From positions 1 through 64,000 of IMG/VR virus record IMGVR_UViG_3300030103_004672: 64,000 nucleotides of DNA; one strand, 5' to 3'. The first letter of the stretch is position 1, and the number at the start of each line of letters is the position of its first letter. The stretch is from a virus. Below the pieces are notes generated by a model that was not told the origin of the DNA, searched no databases, and saw only the letters and a list, made by a program, of their open reading frames with translations. Below are positions 47,405 to 56,663 of this stretch, piece by piece. The position numbers and the translations under genes were made by a program.

Positions 47405-47770
47405 ATGCCTAGAAAAAGAAAATATCTAAATAATAGAGACCTCTTAGAAGAGATCAAAAAATCAAGAGAGCAGGACGAGCTCACCCCTAAGGCATTAAAA
47501 ATGCTTATGATGTTAGCTGAGAGATCTTCTAACCGATTACAATATAGAGATCCAGACGATAAGCAAGATTGTATAGCTTATGCTTACATGGATTTATACA
47601 GATACTGGAGAAACTTTGATCCTGCTAGAAGTAGTAATGCATTCGCATATTTTACAGAAGTAGCAAAGAGAGGATTTGCTAAAGGCTGGAATGCTTTGCA
47701 TCCTAAAAAATACCATGGCACGGTTTCAATAAATGGAAGCGCAGATTCCGACGGGATTTACACTATTTAA
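47405..47770 (+). CDS. Late-transcription sigma factor (gp55-like)
   Basis: YLNNRDLL and NFDPARSSNAFAYFT motifs. Confidence 0.85.
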   Translation: MPRKRKYLNNRDLLEEIKKSREQDELTPKALKMLMMLAERSSNRLQYRDPDDKQDCIAYAYMDLYRYWRNFDPARSSNAFAYFTEVAKRGFAKGWNALHPKKYHGTVSINGSADSDGIYTI

Positions 47771-48246
47771 TGAGCATCAAAAAAGTAAAACCTACTGTAA
47801 AGTCCGGTTTTAAACAAGGATATTACAAACCTGTTAACATTGAAAAATATGTTGGTGCATTTCCAATAATTTACAGAAGCAGCTGGGAAAGAAAGTTTTG
47901 CCACTGGTGTGATCATAATGAAGATGTTATATCTTGGATGTCCGAGCCCTTTTCAATTAAATATTTTAATCTACTAGATAAACGATTTCATAACTATTTT
48001 CCAGACTTTTTTATAACAATGAAAAATGGTGACGAACAAACAAATTATGTAGTTGAAATAAAGCCAAAGTCGCAGTTGGTAAAACCAAAACCTCCATCGC
48101 GTAAATCAAAAAAGGCAGTTGAAAACTATAAATATAGTTACGAAATGTACGTTAAAAATCTTTGCAAGACAGATGCATTGAATAAAGAGGCACAACGTAG
48201 AAATTATAAGGTCATGCTGTTAACAGAAGATTCAAAGATATTTTAA
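47770..48246 (+). CDS. Head completion nuclease (gp4-like, TnsA fold)
   Basis: IYRSSWE, W.SE, YFPDF, VEIKP. Confidence 0.88.
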   Translation: MSIKKVKPTVKSGFKQGYYKPVNIEKYVGAFPIIYRSSWERKFCHWCDHNEDVISWMSEPFSIKYFNLLDKRFHNYFPDFFITMKNGDEQTNYVVEIKPKSQLVKPKPPSRKSKKAVENYKYSYEMYVKNLCKTDALNKEAQRRNYKVMLLTEDSKIF

Positions 48247-48833
48247 TGGCACAACTAGATGGAACATTTAGGCTTGAACTAGATTATGCGCTTAGTTCAA
48301 ATGGTGGTGCGAAAAAAGCATCAAAATTTTCACAAGAAGAAATAGAATTACTAAAAGCAAGTAGTAGAGGATTCTTAGAGCCTGGGAAAATGTATGCATT
48401 TGAATATGATACAGACTTAGAACCGGAATACGACGAATATCCAATAGTTATCGGTTTAGGTTATTATAAACAAAAAAATACAGACAATCAGCTTGGTATA
48501 AATTTACATTACATGCCATACGACGTGAGGCTACCATTTATAGAACTTATTATAAAGTCGATGCAATCACACATAGAACAAGAGCTAGATAAAAGTTTCG
48601 GTGATGGCGAAGCACAGAATCCATATCCGCAATTTACATGGGACAACGTAAAGAAGGCCTATGGATCAAAATACAATCTTTCATATTGTGTTCGACAGTA
48701 CAGAATGAAACAAATCGAGAATATTAAAGTATTAGGTTATGAAGATTGGTATTTAGGTACCTTAAATGACGAGGATAATTTTTCAGGAACTAATATGAGA
48801 ATGGTTCAAAACAATTATTACAAGAATATATAA
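48246..48833 (+). CDS. DNA end protector (gp2-like)
   Basis: PGKMYAFEY, YD.YP, GINLHYMP, VRQY. Confidence 0.8.
   Translation: MAQLDGTFRLELDYALSSNGGAKKASKFSQEEIELLKASSRGFLEPGKMYAFEYDTDLEPEYDEYPIVIGLGYYKQKNTDNQLGINLHYMPYDVRLPFIELIIKSMQSHIEQELDKSFGDGEAQNPYPQFTWDNVKKAYGSKYNLSYCVRQYRMKQIENIKVLGYEDWYLGTLNDEDNFSGTNMRMVQNNYYKNI
48825..48833 (+). promoter_or_regulatory. Putative late promoter AATATATAA
   Basis: Recurrent motif before the portal gene. Confidence 0.55.
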
Positions 48834-48850
48834 AACAACTATAAGTAGAA

Positions 48851-50497
48851 ATGGCCGGCTTTACAAACAGAAAAGGACCCTTAACTAATACTAATCCCGT
48901 TAGAAAGTTACTCAAGGATTTATCAAATCTTGGGATGGCTTATGACGATATGATTTTGCGGAATTCAAGAGCTATTGGTTTTGCTGAAAATCAAATGGGC
49001 TATACGATGAATCCCATGGGATCTGATGCAGATGACATGTACGGTTTTTTTGCAGGTCTTTCCCTAACAGATACATCATTGAAGAAGAACATCAGTTTCT
49101 TCGATAAAAACTATGCTAAGAAAAGAGAACAGCTTAGAACATTCGCCGTTCAGGATGAAATAGAAGACATCTTAGATGTTATATGCGACGAGTGTATTGT
49201 ATTTGATGAGTCTAATTATATGGCTTATGCAGATTATCATGGTGAAATTTCTAAAGCTATCGAAGAGGAAATCTCTGACACATATAATAACATTTACAAT
49301 TATTTTGGTTTTAATGATGCTGTATCGCCTTGGAACTATTTTAGAAAATGGTTAGTTGATGGCTACCTTGCATTTGAAATAATCTACAATGACAGGCAGA
49401 CTGAGATTATTGGTTTTAAAGAACTAGATCCTGTGTCTCTATTACCGGTCGTTGATACAGAAACCGGTCAAAAGATGTGGATCCAGTATAAGGACCAGGG
49501 TCCTAAGGAGAGAAAGCTTTATGACACGCAAATTATTTACCTGTCTTATTCTTCTGTTAATTCTCCACAGAGAATATCTTATGTTGAAAGGCTGATTAGA
49601 GCATTTAATATGTTACGCATTATGGAGACCACAAGAATCATATGGTCTGTTACTAATGCTTCCTACAAAACACAATTTATAATACCAGTTGGTGGTAAAT
49701 CTAAGACGAGAGCAAAACAATCACTTGCACAACTCATGAATTCCTACAGAGAAGTTGTTGAATTTGATCATAACTCAGGTGAATTACAAACCAATGGTAA
49801 GCCAATGATGGCATTTAATAAAGAATATTGGTTACCAAGCAAGGACGGGGAAGTTCCAGAAATTTCTACAATAGGTGGAGATGGTCCTGATTTAGGGGAC
49901 ACGGAATCTCTTAAATACTTTTCTGATAAGCTGAAATTAGCATCAAAAATACCATTTTCTAGATTCGATAGAGAGGCTGCAAGTACCTACAGCATGGATG
50001 CAAGTGGTATGATGCGAGACGAGATTAAGTTCTCAAAGTTTGTTGATAGGTTAAGATCTATATGGCAAGAGGTTTTAATTAAACCACTGTATATTCAATT
50101 ATGTATGAATCACCCTGAATTGAATGACGATGTGGCGTTTAAGGCAGGTCTTGCACTCAAATTCGTTAAGGATAATGTATTTGAAGAAATGAAGGAAATG
50201 GAGCTTCAAAATAGAAGAATAGATTTCATTGGTAACATGAAAACACAATTGAGCGTAACTGATGAAAACATGAATGAAATTCCATATTTTGATCTAGGAT
50301 GGTTAATAAGTAAATATGGTGGATTCACTAGAGATGACCTGAAAGCAAATAGTCGAGCTAAGCGTAGAGAGGAGCTTGAAAAAGAAGGTTATAGAGAAGA
50401 AGACATCGAAAAGATTCTATTAGGAGCCGATAAATCTAAATTTAAGGCTACAAAAACCGAAGAAGATCCATTGGGTGGCTTAGGCGGCGGAATATAA
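48851..50497 (+). CDS. Portal protein (gp20-like)
   Basis: FRKWLVDG, NMLRIME, EYWLP, KIPFSRF, RDEIKFSKFV. Confidence 0.92.
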   Translation: MAGFTNRKGPLTNTNPVRKLLKDLSNLGMAYDDMILRNSRAIGFAENQMGYTMNPMGSDADDMYGFFAGLSLTDTSLKKNISFFDKNYAKKREQLRTFAVQDEIEDILDVICDECIVFDESNYMAYADYHGEISKAIEEEISDTYNNIYNYFGFNDAVSPWNYFRKWLVDGYLAFEIIYNDRQTEIIGFKELDPVSLLPVVDTETGQKMWIQYKDQGPKERKLYDTQIIYLSYSSVNSPQRISYVERLIRAFNMLRIMETTRIIWSVTNASYKTQFIIPVGGKSKTRAKQSLAQLMNSYREVVEFDHNSGELQTNGKPMMAFNKEYWLPSKDGEVPEISTIGGDGPDLGDTESLKYFSDKLKLASKIPFSRFDREAASTYSMDASGMMRDEIKFSKFVDRLRSIWQEVLIKPLYIQLCMNHPELNDDVAFKAGLALKFVKDNVFEEMKEMELQNRRIDFIGNMKTQLSVTDENMNEIPYFDLGWLISKYGGFTRDDLKANSRAKRREELEKEGYREEDIEKILLGADKSKFKATKTEEDPLGGLGGGI

Positions 50498-50520
50498 TAT
50501 AAAAAATATAGTATCACTTT

Positions 50521-50529
50521 AATATATAA
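50521..50529 (+). promoter_or_regulatory. Putative late promoter AATATATAA
   Basis: Recurrent motif. Confidence 0.55.
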
Positions 50530-50543
50530 AAAAACCTTGACAG

Positions 50544-52214
50544 ATGTCTAAAAATTTATTAATCATAGAAAGATCGAGCACCGTACTCAATACGCAGAAG
50601 GAGACGGATGGTTCGGTAATACTCGAAGGAGTCTTTACACAAATAGGAGTAAAGAACAAGAATAACAGAATTTACGAAGAAGAGGAAGTTCTACCTCATA
50701 TTAATGAGCTAAAAGAGAAGGTTGCTAGTAAAAAATTATTAGGCGAACTTGATCATCCAAAGGATTTTGATATTAGCTTATCAAATGTATCTCACGTTAT
50801 CGAGGATCTAAGATATGATGAAAACAAAAAACAAGTTTTAGGTCGAATTAAATTATTGAACACATCTAAAGGTAAAGAAGCAAAGGCGCTAATAGAAGAC
50901 GGTATTCCATTACACATCTCTAGCAGGGCTGCTGGAACTGTAGGTGATGATGGTCGAGTAAAAATTAAAAAATTCTTTACATATGACTTAGTCGCTGATC
51001 CTGGTTTTGAAAACGCAGAATTAGCAAGAGTTAACGAATCATTTGGATTTGATGCAGATGACTCTTTATACATCTATGAAGTTAATGAACAGATAAATAA
51101 ACCAAATAAAAAATCAGAAGAAATGGCTCAAGAACAATATGTAACTGTTGAGGACTTTAACAAGTATACTGAATACTTAAAAAATGAAATTGAGAGAGTA
51201 AAAGAAACAGCTAACGATGATCAGTCTGCTACAATTCAAAAACTAGTTGAGTATTCTGAGCATATCGCTGAGAAAGTAAATCAGGTTACTGATTATGTTG
51301 AGTATGTAGCTGAAAATGTCGATAAGAGCATTTCATATACTGACTACTTAGCAGAAAATATGAACAATATTAAGGAATACACAGATTATTTAGCTGAACA
51401 GTTAGATACAGGTATTCAATATTCTGAGCATGTTGCTGAAAAGACAGATCAGTCTATCGAATATGCTAATTACCTAGGAGAAAGCTTAGAGAAAGGAATT
51501 GCATATAGCGAGTACATTGCTGAGAAACTCGATAAGAGCATTGCCTATTCTGAGTACTTGAAAGAGAATGTCGAAAAGAGCATTACTTATACTGAGTATG
51601 TTGCTGAAGAAGTAAACAACGAATACGGAAAGATTTTAGCTGAAAATGCTAAAGATACAGCTGATGGTAAAATTGTTGTAGAGTCTGACGATTCTTACAA
51701 AGCTAACATTAGTGAAAAACTAACAGCTCTTGTTGAGAAGGCTGAATCTAAGAGCAATCACAACTTGTTCTTCATGAATTTCTTAACTGAAAAGAAAAGA
51801 AATGAGTTCGGTGCATTAAACAATGAAAAGCAAGATAAGATTGTAGAGCAAATGAATTCAAACCGTTGCATGTCTACCATAGACGCTGAGAGAATTTGGG
51901 ATTCTTGCTTTGTTACTGAATCTAATAAATTAGATGTTGTAGATAGCATGCCAGAGAAATACCGCGCAAAATGGGAATCATTGAGTGAAGGTAAGAAAAA
52001 CCAGATTCTAGCCGAGTCACAGTTCAGAAGCTTAGATACTCAATATGCTATCGATAACTTCTGGGCAACTAGAGATCTTCGCGATACTAAAGTTGAGTTA
52101 GAAAAAATCAACGAATCTAAAGTTGCTGGTGAGGATGTAGAAAATCCATATGCAGTAAATGAAGATTTCAAGAATGACTTAGTTAACAGACTAAGATTCA
52201 ACTTAGGAAGATAA
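50544..52214 (+). CDS. Prohead protease (gp21-like) fused to a scaffold (gp22-like) region
   Basis: NNRIY, GELDHP, ISSRAAG, DLVADPGF; C-terminal acidic coiled coil. Confidence 0.88.
   Translation: MSKNLLIIERSSTVLNTQKETDGSVILEGVFTQIGVKNKNNRIYEEEEVLPHINELKEKVASKKLLGELDHPKDFDISLSNVSHVIEDLRYDENKKQVLGRIKLLNTSKGKEAKALIEDGIPLHISSRAAGTVGDDGRVKIKKFFTYDLVADPGFENAELARVNESFGFDADDSLYIYEVNEQINKPNKKSEEMAQEQYVTVEDFNKYTEYLKNEIERVKETANDDQSATIQKLVEYSEHIAEKVNQVTDYVEYVAENVDKSISYTDYLAENMNNIKEYTDYLAEQLDTGIQYSEHVAEKTDQSIEYANYLGESLEKGIAYSEYIAEKLDKSIAYSEYLKENVEKSITYTEYVAEEVNNEYGKILAENAKDTADGKIVVESDDSYKANISEKLTALVEKAESKSNHNLFFMNFLTEKKRNEFGALNNEKQDKIVEQMNSNRCMSTIDAERIWDSCFVTESNKLDVVDSMPEKYRAKWESLSEGKKNQILAESQFRSLDTQYAIDNFWATRDLRDTKVELEKINESKVAGEDVENPYAVNEDFKNDLVNRLRFNLGR
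51092..51100 (+). promoter_or_regulatory. Internal late promoter GATAAATAA upstream of the in-frame ATG at 51123
   Basis: Exact late motif followed by an A-rich leader, at the protease/scaffold boundary. Confidence 0.55.
51249..51626 (+). repeat. About nine tandem 14-aa repeats in the scaffold region
   Basis: Consensus xY(S/T)(E/D)Y(L/I/V)AExxDKSI. Confidence 0.8.
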
Positions 52215-52239
52215 TAGTTATTTAATCAATTATTTTTGT

Positions 52240-52265
52240 AGGGGCCAAGTTTTGGCCCCTTTTTT
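52240..52265 (+). terminator. Rho-independent terminator
   Basis: AGGGGCCAA-GTT-TTGGCCCCT followed by a T-run. Confidence 0.85.
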
Positions 52266-52298
52266 ATATTATATTATAAAAATCGAATATATCGACAT

Positions 52299-52307
52299 GA
52301 TATATAA
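52299..52307 (+). promoter_or_regulatory. Putative late promoter GATATATAA for the major capsid gene
   Basis: Recurrent motif immediately after a terminator. Confidence 0.7.
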
Positions 52308-52380
52308 TACGTATCCAAGGACTAAGAAGCAAAAAGTCAGGATAGTAAATCTTAATTAAAAATTAAAAAACATAAAAATT

Positions 52381-54117
52381 ATGTACGCAAATCGTCTTAT
52401 TAATGAGGCTGAGGTTCAAAAGACTTGGACACCTATCATTTCAGAGGCTACTGGTATCGAGGACAAAAGCAAACTTGCTTGGATGTCTAAGTATTGCCAC
52501 TACCATAACTTGAATGAGAGTGTTTATAACACTGTGCACCTCAACCCTAACATGAACCTTCAAGGTATGAATGCGCCAGCTTTCCCAAATGACCCAACTA
52601 CCTTGAATGCATTCCCAGGCCAAGTAACTGGTTCTGGTGACAAACCTTTCTCTTTGCTTCCACTTGCTATGCAGGTTGCTGCTCAGACTGTAGGTCTTGA
52701 CTTAGTACCTGTTGTGCCAATGCAAGGTCCTATGGGAGTATTAACTTACCTGGACTTCGTATACGGTGGTGGTAGAATTCAAGATGCTGGTGGAAAAGCA
52801 ACTGATTCTGCACCATTGATGATCAAATTCGCTTTTGATAACTTACAAGGTGCTGCTTTAGTAGAAAACGACCTAGTATACGCATCTTCTGCCGCGCTTA
52901 CTACAACTGTTGCTCCTTACGAATTAACATTCATTGGATTATCAAGAATTGATGGTAAATCTATTTTCCGTGTAAGAGGTAACGATGACGCCACTGCAAC
53001 TACTGCTGGTGTTTACCAACAAGGTGAAGTAGGTTATGAGCCTATCTATGATGCAATTGCTAATAACGTAGACTTCTACGATGCTGCTGCCGCACAAGCT
53101 GGTGATGTAAAAGGTACAGTTGACGGAAATGTTGAGTTAGTAAAAGCTTTAGAAGATCATATCCCAGGTTTCTCAGGTTCTGCATTTGAAGCAAACAACC
53201 CAGTTGGATCTGCTCCTACTTTCGGTGTTGAGAATATCGGTGGTGTTGACCCATACCAAAGAGGTGTTGGTGAAGCTACTCCTGATAACAACTTAGGTCT
53301 TTCTTTATTCAACAAGTCAGTTGCTGCTATGACTTACCAAGTTGCAGCTGCTGTTACTCGTGAGCAAGTACAAGATCTTAAGCAATTCGGAATCGATGCA
53401 GTTGCTCAAGTAGAGGCTGTACTTGTTAATGAATTGACTCAGTCAATCAACAAGTTAATCCTTGATCGTATCTTCAAGCTTGGTGTAACTAACGCATTCC
53501 AAGTATCTCAAGTCAATGGAACAGTTCTTTCTGCTCACTTTGACCTAACTGGAGGTGTTGGTACTACAATTGCTCTCGGCCAAGATAACACTGGTACTGC
53601 TCGTTCAGTAACTGTTGATAGTGTTAACGTTGCTGGCGGTGGAGAAACTCAGGGTACTCTACAGCGTAGAATCTTAACTAAGATCTTAGCTGCTACAAAC
53701 CTTATCGCTGTACGTGGACGTCGTGGTCCAGCTACTTTCGCTGTAACTAGCGGAAAGATGGCCACTGCTATCCAAGACGTTGCAGGTTTCGTACCTTACC
53801 CACTATCAAATACAGTTAACCAAGCTGGTGGATCACTCTACCCAATTGGTGCTGTTGCTGGTGTAACTATCTACGTTGATCCAAACCGTGATTTTGATGA
53901 TAACAAGATTGCTGTTGGACGTAAAGGAGATGGAAACTCACCAGGATTGGTATTCATGCCTTACTTAATGGCTGAATCAGTTGAGACAATCGCTGAAGGA
54001 ACTATGGCTCCTAAAATTGCGGTTAAATCACGTTTCGCTCTTGTTGAGGCTGGTTTCCACCCACAAACTATGTACTACACTTTAGACTTCGTGTTGACAG
54101 GTGTTGACTTGATCTAA
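52381..54117 (+). CDS. Major capsid protein (gp23-like)
   Basis: DLVPVVPMQGP, EQVQDLK, RGRRG, IYVDP, VFMPY, KSRFAL; follows the portal and protease genes. Confidence 0.93.
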   Translation: MYANRLINEAEVQKTWTPIISEATGIEDKSKLAWMSKYCHYHNLNESVYNTVHLNPNMNLQGMNAPAFPNDPTTLNAFPGQVTGSGDKPFSLLPLAMQVAAQTVGLDLVPVVPMQGPMGVLTYLDFVYGGGRIQDAGGKATDSAPLMIKFAFDNLQGAALVENDLVYASSAALTTTVAPYELTFIGLSRIDGKSIFRVRGNDDATATTAGVYQQGEVGYEPIYDAIANNVDFYDAAAAQAGDVKGTVDGNVELVKALEDHIPGFSGSAFEANNPVGSAPTFGVENIGGVDPYQRGVGEATPDNNLGLSLFNKSVAAMTYQVAAAVTREQVQDLKQFGIDAVAQVEAVLVNELTQSINKLILDRIFKLGVTNAFQVSQVNGTVLSAHFDLTGGVGTTIALGQDNTGTARSVTVDSVNVAGGGETQGTLQRRILTKILAATNLIAVRGRRGPATFAVTSGKMATAIQDVAGFVPYPLSNTVNQAGGSLYPIGAVAGVTIYVDPNRDFDDNKIAVGRKGDGNSPGLVFMPYLMAESVETIAEGTMAPKIAVKSRFALVEAGFHPQTMYYTLDFVLTGVDLI

Positions 54118-54140
54118 TCATAGTCAAAGTACTTTGTTTT

Positions 54141-54167
54141 AAAGGGGCTCATATGAGCCCCTTTTTT
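54141..54167 (+). terminator. Rho-independent terminator (palindromic)
   Basis: AAAGGGGCTC-ATAT-GAGCCCCTTT followed by a T-run. Confidence 0.88.
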
Positions 54168-54171
54168 ATTT

Positions 54172-54180
54172 GATATATAA
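54172..54180 (+). promoter_or_regulatory. Putative late promoter GATATATAA
   Basis: Recurrent motif. Confidence 0.65.
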
Positions 54181-54200
54181 AATAACAAAAAAATAATCAA

Positions 54201-55211
54201 ATGATTTTTTCTTACGACACCTTTAATAGAATCAACGAATCTGTAGAAAGAGTTGAAAAAAATGGATTAGTAGAAGAAGGCCTGCTTGCCGCTATTAAAT
54301 TTCCAATTAAATTTACTAAAATTAAAAATAATGCCAAGAAATATCTAAAGGCTAAAATGAAGCACATGTCTGTAGAGGTTGCATTGGCTAAAAAGAAAGC
54401 AAATACCAACTGGGCTGACCTTCCACCAGAAAAGAAAGAAGTGGTAAAATTGGCTGCAGATGCTAAAAAGAGAGCAATTGACCTAGAAATGAAGTCTATT
54501 ACAGACAGGATTGCTAAATTGGCTTCTAGTCCTATGTTACAGGATTATGCAGCTTATAAGAAAGGGGAAGCAGATTTAGAGGCTGCACTAGAGCTCCAAA
54601 AAAATATGGAGAGTGAAGCTGACCAAATATTAATTCAAAAGAGAATTAAAAATCTTCAGACTAAACAGGCTGAAAGAAAGGCTGAACTAGAAACAAAACC
54701 TGATCCGGAAGAAGATAAAGGTGGTAAAAGTGATCAGAAGGCGGACGAAACGCCGTCAAGAGCTGAACAAGATGCTGAGGCTGAAAGGGAAAAGGAGAAG
54801 GCTGCAGAGGATAAAAAGAAACAGGCTTTAGAAGATGCTAAAAATAAGATTGCTGACGCTAAAGCTGCATATGATAAGGTTAAGGATGGTGATGATGAAA
54901 GAGCAAAGTTTGACGCACAGATAACGTTTAAGCAAGCACAGCAGGAGAAAGCAAAGATAGAGGGAAATACCGAACTATACCAAGCACTAGCTAAGGATCA
55001 AGGAGATATCCTAAAGAAAATTGACAATCTAGATAAAAATAAAGATCCCAAGGTAAAAAAGCATGAAGATAAGATTAAGGAATACGAAGAAGCAATTGAT
55101 GTCTTAAAAGACAAGACAGACAAAAAATCAAAAGGAGATCTTCAAATAATACAGTCTGCATTGAAATCCGAAAAAGAAAAATTAGCTAAGGCTAAAGAAG
55201 AATCAAAATAA
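54201..55211 (+). CDS. Lys/Ala/Glu-rich coiled-coil protein, putative internal head protein
   Basis: Targeting-like N-terminus MIFSYDTFNRINE; late promoter upstream. Confidence 0.5.
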   Translation: MIFSYDTFNRINESVERVEKNGLVEEGLLAAIKFPIKFTKIKNNAKKYLKAKMKHMSVEVALAKKKANTNWADLPPEKKEVVKLAADAKKRAIDLEMKSITDRIAKLASSPMLQDYAAYKKGEADLEAALELQKNMESEADQILIQKRIKNLQTKQAERKAELETKPDPEEDKGGKSDQKADETPSRAEQDAEAEREKEKAAEDKKKQALEDAKNKIADAKAAYDKVKDGDDERAKFDAQITFKQAQQEKAKIEGNTELYQALAKDQGDILKKIDNLDKNKDPKVKKHEDKIKEYEEAIDVLKDKTDKKSKGDLQIIQSALKSEKEKLAKAKEESK

Positions 55212-55217
55212 TTAATT

Positions 55218-55352
55218 ATGGCAACAGGTAGATTTATTTCAACGTCAGCGCGACAACAAGGACAAACTAAAAACAATAATAAGAAGCGAACTAGCTCAAC
55301 TAAAAGAAATAACAAGAGTAAATCTAAGCTTAGCGGCAAGAAATATCTATAG
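55218..55352 (+). CDS. Small basic peptide (44 aa; not in the ORF track)
   Basis: MATGRFISTSARQQGQTKNNNKKRTSSTKRNNKSKSKLSGKKYL fills the gap between genes; its stop overlaps the next start. Confidence 0.55.
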   Translation: MATGRFISTSARQQGQTKNNNKKRTSSTKRNNKSKSKLSGKKYL

Positions 55353-55846
55353 TGTATAAGGTTAGAGCCATAAATTTTGGATGGTACAGGCGTAAGCATG
55401 GTATTCTTCTAGAGAACCTGCCTCCTGCAAAACAGAAGCTAATTAAAAATAATGATTTTTTTAAATGGCTCGATGCAGATACACAAGCTATTGAAGTTAT
55501 TTTTAAGCTAGAGGATAATAATGACATGATGAAAGTATTTCATCAACAAGTCTGGAATCCATTTACTGAACAAATATCTACAAAAAAAGAATTAGATCAG
55601 TCTGCTAAGACGGTTGAATGGTCATGTGCAATTTGCAAGACTGACATACTTTGCAAATCAAGTTATACAAGAAAAGTAGAAAACTTCGTATGCGATAAAT
55701 GCTCGGAAGTCCATAATTCAAAAAATAAGATAGTTGATCAACGAATTATTGATTCATCAAATGAATTTACTGAACACTGCAGAAGCTTGCTAAAAAAAGA
55801 ACAAAAAGAGTTCATAAAATATGCTAGAAAGACTGCTAAATCATAG
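55352..55846 (+). CDS. Zinc-ribbon protein
   Basis: CAIC and CDKC pairs. Confidence 0.6.
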   Translation: MYKVRAINFGWYRRKHGILLENLPPAKQKLIKNNDFFKWLDADTQAIEVIFKLEDNNDMMKVFHQQVWNPFTEQISTKKELDQSAKTVEWSCAICKTDILCKSSYTRKVENFVCDKCSEVHNSKNKIVDQRIIDSSNEFTEHCRSLLKKEQKEFIKYARKTAKS

Positions 55847-56647
55847 TTTTAAACCTTGATCTAATGTAATCTTTGGAAAGCAATCTAAAAGGCTTTTCGG
55901 ATTTGTATTGTAAACCTTTATTTTTTTATTTTTTAAGGCACTTGCTATATGTGGAAATGCAGGAATGAACTGTATTTGGTAGGTTGAGTTTTTGGTTTTT
56001 CTTGTTGGGTATCCGTCATGAAAATGCGATTCATGATCGTTTGTTACCATGTCAAATCCTAGTAGAACAATCTTGGATGCACCGAGATGATATGCAAGAT
56101 TTATTGCAGCATAGCCACTATTATTACCATGTGCGATTGCATCTGAATTTTCTTCAAGCCCAAACTTGTTTCCTTTCCTTAAAACTGTAACACTATCGTT
56201 ATAATTACGATTCCTGCCTATTGTAAACTTTAATCCATTAAAATTGTCAATATCATTTTGATACCAATTGTAAACCCTAGAATCAGTCCAATACAAAACA
56301 GAAGCAAATGGTACGCTATAAAATGCTTTGTTTATAGCTATAGTTTTTTTAAGTTTAAGCGAGTCAAAATCAAATGACTTTAATGATGGACCACCGCCCA
56401 CGATATAAATAGTTTCTCCCCTAAACACAGGATCTACCTTGCCAAATTTTATATTAGGCATACCTAAAGTCCTAGTTTTATTTCTAGGCATCTTAGTGGG
56501 TTCTATCCTGGTTTTTGTTGATTTTATCCGACGAGATATAGTGACGTCATCGCGTGGTTCGCCTATTCTTGATCTTACCACTTTGGTTTTTAGTGATGGT
56601 GAATTTGCAGGAGTTTTTATCTTACGTAAACTTCGCCTTCTTTGCAT
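55841..56647 (-). CDS. Maf/DUF115-like (CstII/WaaZ-fold) putative glycosyltransferase with a basic N-terminal tail
   Basis: IVGGGPSL, IAIN, NSGYAAINLAYHLGASKIVLLGFDM. Start is probably at 56647. Confidence 0.7.
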   Translation of the reverse strand: MQRRRSLRKIKTPANSPSLKTKVVRSRIGEPRDDVTISRRIKSTKTRIEPTKMPRNKTRTLGMPNIKFGKVDPVFRGETIYIVGGGPSLKSFDFDSLKLKKTIAINKAFYSVPFASVLYWTDSRVYNWYQNDIDNFNGLKFTIGRNRNYNDSVTVLRKGNKFGLEENSDAIAHGNNSGYAAINLAYHLGASKIVLLGFDMVTNDHESHFHDGYPTRKTKNSTYQIQFIPAFPHIASALKNKKIKVYNTNPKSLLDCFPKITLDQGLKL

Positions 56648-56663
56648 AATACAGTATCTATTG

